From Nitrospinaceae bacterium (GTDB taxonomy: Bacteria; Nitrospinota; Nitrospinia; Nitrospinales; VA-1), in assembly GCA_046754465.1 (NCBI GenBank), contig JBHHVU010000055.1, positions 1 to 21,129 of the forward strand: 21,129 nt of DNA, written 5' to 3'. Position numbers and translations under genes: made by a program. This document shows positions 9,176 through 15,889 of the stretch, piece by piece. Under the pieces are notes generated by a model. That model was not told the DNA's origin. It was given only the letters and a program-made list of their open reading frames with translations, and ran no database searches. Position 1 is the first letter of the stretch; every line of letters starts with the position of its first letter.

Positions 9176-9775
9176 TCAGATCGAATAAAATTTGCTCGCG
9201 ACATAACCTTCGGGAAACTCCCCCACGGGGGTCCCCTTGGGCACCCACATCACATCACTGGCGGTGGCCTGGGGCCGGCTCCGGAAAACCGGCCGCAACT
9301 CATTTCCCTTGACCAGGGCCGAATAATCCTTCAGGCTCACCATGCCCGCGGTCAACGTATCCAGTTCCACGCCGCCTGGCAGAACCGCCCGGATCCACGC
9401 CACGGTGACCGGGAGGTCTTCCATGAAACTAATCCCCGCGAGGTTCACCGCGGTCGATTTGGTTTCAACGAAAAATCCGGTGTCTCCGGGAAGGGACTCC
9501 CAGGTGGTTTTTTCATAGCATTCCGCGCAATCCGCCCGGGGAACCTGGTAGCGGGTCACCCGGGGCCGGTCGTGCCCGTTCTCGTTGGCACAATAGGTAT
9601 AACGCAAAACGGCGTTTTCTCTTTCCATGATACCTTGGAAATATGGAGACATACCACCATAACTTTTTTTGTATTTTACCCGGACCTCCCGCCCGGTAAG
9701 AACCAGGCGGCCGGGATGTTGAGAAGGCTTGTAGCTCTTATCGGTAGGGTCCAGAAAATCATCTTTTACCGTCAT
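9176..9775 (-). CDS. DUF35-type Zn-ribbon/OB-fold protein, partner of the upstream thiolase-like protein
   Basis: YSYG-like KSYGGMSPYFQG, a Zn knuckle, PRADCAEC, then an OB-fold ending LRPVFR. Lies directly after the thiolase-like gene. ATG 9775 is preferred (AGGGGG RBS); GTG 9784/9781 are alternatives. Confidence 0.85.
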   Translation of the reverse strand: MTVKDDFLDPTDKSYKPSQHPGRLVLTGREVRVKYKKSYGGMSPYFQGIMERENAVLRYTYCANENGHDRPRVTRYQVPRADCAECYEKTTWESLPGDTGFFVETKSTAVNLAGISFMEDLPVTVAWIRAVLPGGVELDTLTAGMVSLKDYSALVKGNELRPVFRSRPQATASDVMWVPKGTPVGEFPEGYVASKFYSI

Positions 9776-9777
9776 GG

Positions 9778-11193
9778 TCACCACCCCCTTTTCACGGTTG
9801 TCACGGTAATATCGCTCCCCGTTCCGGCATGACTGTGAAACAGGGCTTTTTGAACATTGGGGATTTGCAGTTCGGGATGGGCGTATTTTTCCTCGATCAT
9901 TCCCTTCATTTGCCAGATCACGTCCACCGCCTGGGTGTTCCCGGTGGCCCCTACCGCGTGCATTTGACCGATGAGGCCCCCGGACGGGTTGACATAGACC
10001 CCGTTTTCTCCGCCGATTCTGGGATTGATCGGCACCCTTCCCTTCTCATCCAAAGGTAAGGCATTGAACAGGGAACAGGCATGTCCATAGGGAATCATGC
10101 CGAGGTCCTCCATGGTCTGGACCACGCTGATGACAAAGGCGTCATGGATTTCGATGAGATCAAAATACTCTAGCGGATGGCCGGTGATTCCCGCCATCTC
10201 GTAAGCTTTTTTGGCGGCCCACCTTCCGGCGCGAAAAGAATGCAGTCCCGGATACTCCAGGCTTTCGTATCGTTTCACGAGGTCCGGGTCGGCTGCTTCA
10301 TGGGGCATCAAAAGATCCTCGTGGATCAGGCCCCCGATGGTCCGGGGCCGTTCCCCGGTCCGCATGCAATCGGTCCCATTGCCAATGCCCGTAACCAGGA
10401 TCGGTTGGTCCGTGAATTCCCTGGCGAGATCCTCCGCGGCCACGATCACCGCCGAGGCGCCGTCGGTCATGAGACAGCAGTCCAATCGGAAAAAAGGAGT
10501 CGCCACCACCCCCGATCCTGAAATCTGCTCCACCCCCACAAACCCGCTGGTAGACGGCGTCGCATAAGGATTTTCCGTGCAGGTTTGCGCCCTCCGGTTA
10601 TATTGGGCATTGTTCCGCATGAGCACCGCGATCTTGTCGAAGGCATCGCGGATTTCCGCGGCGGACACGGTTTTACCGGCAAAGGTATCGATATAAGCCT
10701 GGGCCATCGCGGCATAGTACAAGGGATAATACCCCCCCTGGGGGAAATCGGTCACCGTGCAGGACGCCAGGGCGATGAATTCATTGCCTTGAAAGGTGTC
10801 CACCTCGGACATTTTTTCATAACCCACCGCGAGAACGATGTCCTGCCTTCCCGATGCCACTTTTTCAATGGCCGCCTGAATGCCCAGTCCCCCGGTGCAC
10901 CCCCCGCCGACCACCCGGTACGATTCCACCGGGTTCAGACCGAGGTAATCCCGGGTCAGTGCCTCTCCCAGCAACTGCCCGGCGAAATGGTCCGCGAAAT
11001 GAGTGACGATGACCCCGCCTCTTTCCCTCATCAGCTTCCGAAAGGCCTTGGGGGAAACCCCCATACCCTCTACGGCTTCCTTCACCGCCTGCAAAACCAT
11101 TTCAAAGAACATAAGGTCGGGGTTGGCCTTGGCGAAATAATCCACCTTTCCGCCGGATAACAACACGACTTTCCTTTCCAGTTCTCTTGCCAT
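9778..11193 (-). CDS. SCP2/archaeal-type thiolase-like protein
   Basis: GYEKMS, DCCLMTDGASA, EIHDAF, VNPSGGLIGxxHAVGATG, HSHAGTG. Strong AAGGAGG RBS. Confidence 0.9.
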   Translation of the reverse strand: MARELERKVVLLSGGKVDYFAKANPDLMFFEMVLQAVKEAVEGMGVSPKAFRKLMRERGGVIVTHFADHFAGQLLGEALTRDYLGLNPVESYRVVGGGCTGGLGIQAAIEKVASGRQDIVLAVGYEKMSEVDTFQGNEFIALASCTVTDFPQGGYYPLYYAAMAQAYIDTFAGKTVSAAEIRDAFDKIAVLMRNNAQYNRRAQTCTENPYATPSTSGFVGVEQISGSGVVATPFFRLDCCLMTDGASAVIVAAEDLAREFTDQPILVTGIGNGTDCMRTGERPRTIGGLIHEDLLMPHEAADPDLVKRYESLEYPGLHSFRAGRWAAKKAYEMAGITGHPLEYFDLIEIHDAFVISVVQTMEDLGMIPYGHACSLFNALPLDEKGRVPINPRIGGENGVYVNPSGGLIGQMHAVGATGNTQAVDVIWQMKGMIEEKYAHPELQIPNVQKALFHSHAGTGSDITVTTVKRGW

Positions 11194-11539
11194 GGTTCCC
11201 TCCTTAAGGCGTCCCCAATCTCATTTTCCCAATCCGGCTGATTCCGCCCCGCGGAACATGCCTGAATTGACGTTAAGGCTGACCCGATCCCGACCCGAAG
11301 CCGGGTTTTTCCCTCTTGACCTACGGGGGACAAATAAAATATCTCCTTCATTTTGGATCAACGGGTTTCCCAATTCAAATTTAAAAATCTGGAGGAGTAA
11401 CGAGCTGAAGAGCGGCTAAAGATAAAAGAGGTATTTTGCGGCGGGTTGGGACTGAGGGAGAGATGATTCCATACTGTAAAATTTTAAACGCCGGCCCAAT
11501 CGCTCAAGGGGGTTAAGAAAGGATCTCAGGGGAAGGAAA

Positions 11540-11593
11540 ATTCAGGAAATCTTGGCTTGGGACACGGAAAACCCGCCTCAAGATTTCCTGAAT
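11540..11593 (-). terminator. Probable terminator of the curlin locus (15-bp perfect stem, 24-nt loop)
   Basis: ATTCAGGAAATCTTG (11540-11554) and CAAGATTTCCTGAAT (11579-11593) form a perfect inverted repeat 40 nt after the 11634 stop, followed on the - strand by TTTCCTTCC. Confidence 0.55.
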
Positions 11594-11633
11594 CGATAAA
11601 ATTCCATGGATTCCTAATCAAACAATTTCCGTT

Positions 11634-12695
11634 TCAATCGAAAAGGAAGAATCCATTTCCGGGAATCAGGTTGGGATTGGGCAAGGCCCCTTTCCAATCC
11701 TCGTTGCCGCCCGGCTGAGGCCCCTGAATGGTGATGGCGCGGTCCTCGTTTCCCAGTTGAAGGGTTGTGGAAACTCCGGACACATTGTCTTGAGTTTGCG
11801 CCACCAGCACGGTGCTGGACCCTCCGATTTGCGCGACAAAAGAGCTATGCGCGGAATTGCTGCCCTGTTGCCAAATCACCGTACTGCTGACATCCACGCC
11901 GGGAAACAGGTTGCCGGGAAGAATATCCATGCCGGGATTCATTTCAACCGAATGCCTGTCATTCAATTGCACCAGGAACAATTTGTTTTTAATTCCGACC
12001 TGAAAAATCCTCCCGTGTTCGATGAATTTGCCCAGCGGCCGGTTGTCGGAATTTTTTATCACCCAGACCTGCTTTATATTCGCGGGGTCCTCGCATTGGT
12101 GGCTTCCGAAACGATCCGGGAATATTTTCGCCTGACGGTGCACGCTGAATGGGTTGATTTTCTCATTAGGGCCGTGAACGGCCCCCGCAAGGCCTCCCGG
12201 CGCCTCGAAAATCAAAAGCAAATTATCATAATATTTCTCATCATAAGGTCTGCGGTCGCCCCCTTCATAATCCTGGCCACAAGGATATCTCCTGAGGACA
12301 AACCCCATTTTGTCATATACAAATTCCGGAGGTTGGGGAACCACGAGAGAAGATTCATCCTCCGCCTTCCCCTCATTTTCTTCCCCTATCTGGGAGATAC
12401 TGGCACGTTGGGGCTCTGCTAATTTCTGTTCTTCCTTCAGGAAAACATTTCCCCCGGACGCCGTTTCGACCTGGGGGAGAAACCCATGGTGGGAAAAACT
12501 CACCGGGTCAACTTCATCCCCGAGGCTTTTTTCATTCAAGGCAATTTGTTCCCCACGGGTATTTTTTGCTTGAAGGGCGCCGGATTTTCCCTGTGTGGCG
12601 GCTGGCTCCAGTGGGCTGCCATTTAGAGCAAAACCGGCGGAAACGGAAAACAACGCGAACACGAATATTATCGATGAAATGGCAAACTTTTTCAT
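11634..12695 (-). CDS. Secreted protein; interrupted curlin paralog with conserved C-terminal curlin module
   Basis: Sec signal peptide MKKFAISSIIFVFALFSVSAGFA. GGGGAG RBS. The C-terminal 71 aa align without gaps to the C-terminus of 12999..14036. Isolated curlin strands (RASISQIG, HGRIFQVG-IKNKLFLVQ) occur in the middle. Confidence 0.75.
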   Translation of the reverse strand: MKKFAISSIIFVFALFSVSAGFALNGSPLEPAATQGKSGALQAKNTRGEQIALNEKSLGDEVDPVSFSHHGFLPQVETASGGNVFLKEEQKLAEPQRASISQIGEENEGKAEDESSLVVPQPPEFVYDKMGFVLRRYPCGQDYEGGDRRPYDEKYYDNLLLIFEAPGGLAGAVHGPNEKINPFSVHRQAKIFPDRFGSHQCEDPANIKQVWVIKNSDNRPLGKFIEHGRIFQVGIKNKLFLVQLNDRHSVEMNPGMDILPGNLFPGVDVSSTVIWQQGSNSAHSSFVAQIGGSSTVLVAQTQDNVSGVSTTLQLGNEDRAITIQGPQPGGNEDWKGALPNPNLIPGNGFFLFD

Positions 12696-12930
12696 ACCGC
12701 TCCCCTATATCAAGTTTCCAATAAACCCAATGGTTGACATAATGTTTTGTCCCTTTTAGCTTTCTTGCTGAATTACAACAGGGGATTCAGCAGCCTGCCG
12801 TTTTTCCAGGAAGTGTCCTCCCACTCCCCTTTTCACAATAAGCCTTCCCGGCAAAACATTCCCCGGACCTATTAATTCCGGGAAGGGAGCTCCGATGAAG
12901 TTTGAAATCCTTGTTGGCGGGAGGGAATGG

Positions 12931-12962
12931 GGGTGGAAGAGGGGGTTTTCCCTCTTCCACCC
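12931..12962 (-). terminator. Strong stem-loop after the major curlin gene (stability element or weak terminator)
   Basis: GGGTGGAAGAGGG / CCCTCTTCCACCC 13-bp perfect stem with a 6-nt loop, 36 nt after the stop. No U-tract on the - strand. Confidence 0.55.
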
Positions 12963-12998
12963 AAACACCCTGATGAATCGAGGAAAAATGCTTAAAGC

Positions 12999-14036
12999 TT
13001 ACCTCATCATGTTAAACCGAGGCGCCATGACCATGGGCCGCAGGGGCAGGGGCATGAGACCTTTCCAGTCCTCATTGTAACCCGGCTGATGGCCCTGGAT
13101 GCTGATGGCCCGATTGTGATTCCCATTTTGAACCACCGTGGAAATATCGTTCACGTAGTTCTGGGTCTGGGCAACCAACGCGGTGTTGTACGTACCGTTC
13201 TGCTCAACATCGGCGGTGTGCATCGAGTGCGCTCCCTGCTGCCAGACAACCGCGTTGTTGTAAGCGGAGTAGGGATTGTGGTTGCCCTGAACGATATCCG
13301 CGTCGTGCCTGATGGCAGAATGGTGGGGGGCTTTCACCTGGCGCAGAGTCGCCTTGTTGTAATAGCCGGTCTGGTCAATTTTAGCGTGTTTGCTGAAATT
13401 GCCCTGTTGCTCGATGGACGCCCGGTTTCCCCTGCCATACTGATTGATGGTGGCGGGGCTTCCATACGCATTGTTTCCATAGCCATTCTGCCAGATTTTG
13501 GCCTTGTTGTAAGACCCGCGCTGGTTGATCTCGGCGCGGTTGTAGCCCGCATAGTAGCCAACCTGATGGATGGAAGCTCTGTTCCGGTAGCCACTCTGGT
13601 AGATGGAAGCATCGTCATTGCCGTAATAGCTGGTCTGCTGAATGAAGGCCCCGTTTCTACTTCCGTATTGACTCAGATACGCATCGTTGTAAGAGGACGT
13701 TTGGGAAATTTTCCCCACGTTCTCCCAGCCATGCTGAACAATGTCGGCATAATTTCCACTGGAATTATATCCCCCATCCTGTTCAATTTTGGCCCGGTTG
13801 TATTTGCCAACCTGTTTGATATGACCACGGTTGCGGTAATCATCCTGGTTGATCTGGGCTTTGTTATAATCTCCAAACTGCCCAATCTTGGCCCTGTTGT
13901 GATTACCCTGCTGCATGACCACGGCCTGGTTACCATCACCCTTTTGCTTGATCACGTCCTTGTTTAACGCCCATGCCTGACTTCCGGCGAACAACAAAGC
14001 CGTGGAAAGGGTCAAGGTAAGAATTTTCTTTCTCAT
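12999..14036 (-). CDS. Curlin, CsgA-like major subunit candidate (~12 repeats) with non-repeat C-terminal tail
   Basis: Signal peptide ending AWA, then 24 consecutive N-x-A-x-I-x-Q-x-G strands counted by eye. AGGAG RBS. Strong 3' stem-loop. Confidence 0.9.
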   Translation of the reverse strand: MRKKILTLTLSTALLFAGSQAWALNKDVIKQKGDGNQAVVMQQGNHNRAKIGQFGDYNKAQINQDDYRNRGHIKQVGKYNRAKIEQDGGYNSSGNYADIVQHGWENVGKISQTSSYNDAYLSQYGSRNGAFIQQTSYYGNDDASIYQSGYRNRASIHQVGYYAGYNRAEINQRGSYNKAKIWQNGYGNNAYGSPATINQYGRGNRASIEQQGNFSKHAKIDQTGYYNKATLRQVKAPHHSAIRHDADIVQGNHNPYSAYNNAVVWQQGAHSMHTADVEQNGTYNTALVAQTQNYVNDISTVVQNGNHNRAISIQGHQPGYNEDWKGLMPLPLRPMVMAPRFNMMR

Positions 14037-14185
14037 CTTGCTTCTCCTAGTTTAAGTTAACAAAATTCGTATTACCCCCTGGCAATACCGTTACCCACAA
14101 ACTAAATTCCCGTTGAACCTTTTTTCGCTACCTCCCTATTTGGTTTAAATTCAAATTTTTCATTGCATTCCGGTGTCCTCACCGA

Positions 14186-15142
14186 TTAGGGACTCACCTG
14201 GATCACGGTCGGGGTGATGATCCCATTGCCGATCTGGGTGATGGTGGCGGAATTACTGTTTCCAAACTGCCTGATATTGGCCCGGTTGTAATTGCCAACC
14301 TGGTTGATGAAGGCGGAGTTATAGCTGCCGGCCTGCAGAATTCGTCCAATATTGTCGTCACCCATTATTTGCGAAATATTAGCTGTATTCGACGACCCAA
14401 ATTGCCGGATGCTGGCCTGGTTGCCGATCCCTTCCTGGATGATTCCCGCGGCCTCGTTACTGCCGGCTTGGGCCACTCTGGCAATGTTGCCCATACCCGT
14501 CTGGGTGACCCTTGCCAAGTTGTAAATCCCGGTCTGCAAGGTATCCACCCTGTTGTAATCGCCCTCCTGTTCGACAAAGACGTCACAATCTTCACAGGGC
14601 GCAAAGCCTGTTCCCTGGGTGATCCGCGCCACATTGCCGATACCGTCTTGCTTCAGGGACGCGAAGTTGTCGGTGCCAACCTGCTTCAGCCGGACCCGGT
14701 TGCCCGTTCCCTCCTGTTTCCCCTCGATCTTGTTGTAATTTCCGATCTGGGTCAGGCGGGCCATATTGAAGGATCCGGATTGCGTGAACTCCTCGATCCG
14801 GTTGAACAAACCAAACTGCGCGATCTTGGCCCGATTGCTGTAACCGGGAACCTGGCGCAAGGAAGCGAAATTTTTGAAACCCTTCTGTTTTACCTTCGCG
14901 GCCTGGTTGTAGCCGGCCTGATCGATCACCAGGAAATTTCCCGCCCCGAACTGTTTGCCCTTGGCCCGGATTTCCGCCCCGATCTGCTGAATTTTGGCAT
15001 CGTTCCGATATCCCACCTGTTCAATGGACAGCAAATTTTTCAAGCCATGACTCGCGGAAATCCCGGGAGTAAATACCAGGAAGCAAATCAGGATTTGAAT
15101 GACTTTTAACTTCAGGAATTTTTTTATCGTTGTTTTACGCAT
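14186..15142 (-). CDS. Curlin, CsgB-like subunit candidate (~12 repeats)
   Basis: Signal-peptide-like N-terminus from ATG 15142 (MRKTTIKK...GISA), then ~25 N-x-A-x-I-x-Q-x-G strands. Ends on a repeat strand (TVIQVSP). First gene, as in csgBA order. The CsgA versus CsgB assignment is inference. Confidence 0.85.
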   Translation of the reverse strand: MRKTTIKKFLKLKVIQILICFLVFTPGISASHGLKNLLSIEQVGYRNDAKIQQIGAEIRAKGKQFGAGNFLVIDQAGYNQAAKVKQKGFKNFASLRQVPGYSNRAKIAQFGLFNRIEEFTQSGSFNMARLTQIGNYNKIEGKQEGTGNRVRLKQVGTDNFASLKQDGIGNVARITQGTGFAPCEDCDVFVEQEGDYNRVDTLQTGIYNLARVTQTGMGNIARVAQAGSNEAAGIIQEGIGNQASIRQFGSSNTANISQIMGDDNIGRILQAGSYNSAFINQVGNYNRANIRQFGNSNSATITQIGNGIITPTVIQVSP

Positions 15143-15368
15143 TCCACCGGCACCTTTTTTTATTGGATTTCTCATTGGAAATAGCCCGATCACGAATAAA
15201 ACGTTCCAAAAAGCGGGAACCCTCGAATTCTCCTTCCAACGCCTTCCTCTGGAAAAGTCGGGAGGCTGTATTTCCGGGGACCTATTATTCGGGGGACCCC
15301 CTCAAACCAGATTCACCCTCCAGGTTTCCATCTAAAATAAGATTTACATTTACCTGTGAAGGGGCGGG

Positions 15369-15397
15369 AACCTACCATAATTTTTTAATAAATGCAA
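15369..15397 (-). promoter_or_regulatory. Putative sigma70 promoter for the curlin genes (proximal)
   Basis: TTGCAT-17 bp-TAGGTT with an extended -10 TG, preceded by a long A/T tract resembling an UP element. Confidence 0.35.
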
Positions 15398-15606
15398 TAA
15401 AAAAGTTAAAAAAAATATTTTTTTCTTCACGGCCCATTTAAAATCAAAAACTTGCGCGAACTCTCCGTTAACTCCCATCGCGGTTAATTTAATCGCTGAA
15501 GGTTCGGGGATCGGTCCGCATTCATTCTCAGCGGAATACCCTGGATTCCCAAAAAGGGACATACCGCCGAAATCAGGAGCATACACAATCCCCCTTCGGA
15601 TAACTG

Positions 15607-15662
15607 AGTATAGGAAATAGAAGTTACATTGAGGTCAAGGCCGTGTTACAAAACCGTAACAT
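15607..15662 (-). promoter_or_regulatory. Four 11-bp-periodic boxes plus TATACT -10; OmpR/PhoB-family activated promoter architecture
   Basis: - strand reads ATGTTAC GGTT TTGTAAC ACGG CCTTGAC CTCA ATGTAAC TTCTATTTCC TATACT. Confidence 0.5.
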
Positions 15663-15667
15663 TACGC

Positions 15668-15707
15668 GGCTGCCGGGAGAGGCTGCCGGGAGAGGCTGGC
15701 TGGGAGG
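15668..15707. repeat. Short tandem repeat, 13-bp unit
   Basis: GGCTGCCGGGAGA twice exactly (15668-15693) plus a degenerate third copy. Confidence 0.8.
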
Positions 15708-15889
15708 TTTGGCCCAGAGAGGAACAGGAAGGAACACCCCCCGCCGGGCTCTGGGTTTGATAGGACTTTGGAGGGAAAATGCAACGGAGGATGGCGAACT
15801 GGCCCCGGTAGGGGAAGGGCTCGGAATTTTCTCCAGGAAAATCGCGGAAGGATCGGGCTCGCCCCTGGAGAGGGTAGCTTCCAATCAAT

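Noticed and set aside
11194..11539. Riboswitch or small ORF in the long leader of the thiolase-like operon
   Set aside because: No recognisable conserved RNA motif. The 89-aa ORF overlaps the thiolase-like gene and lacks support. The best promoter match has a 15-bp spacer.
12756..12968. 70-aa ORF ending VVIQQES as a curlin remnant
   Set aside because: Only one weak strand-like match, no signal peptide, and it runs through the hairpin.
13089..15109. + strand 292-aa and 246-aa ORFs
   Set aside because: Mirror frames of the repetitive curlin genes.
15470..15514. PIPEPSAIKLTAMGV resembling a PEP-CTERM sorting motif
   Set aside because: No transmembrane helix follows and the ORF has no signal peptide; probably chance.
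15607..15638. TTGACC...TATACT as a standard sigma70 promoter
   Set aside because: The spacer is 20 bp, too long; TTGAC fits better as the third 11-bp-periodic box.
15143..15889. CRP site or c-di-GMP riboswitch upstream of the curlins
   Set aside because: Only isolated TGTGA/CGTGA half-sites, and no GEMM-like conserved core seen by eye. A covariance-model scan would be needed to exclude an RNA element.
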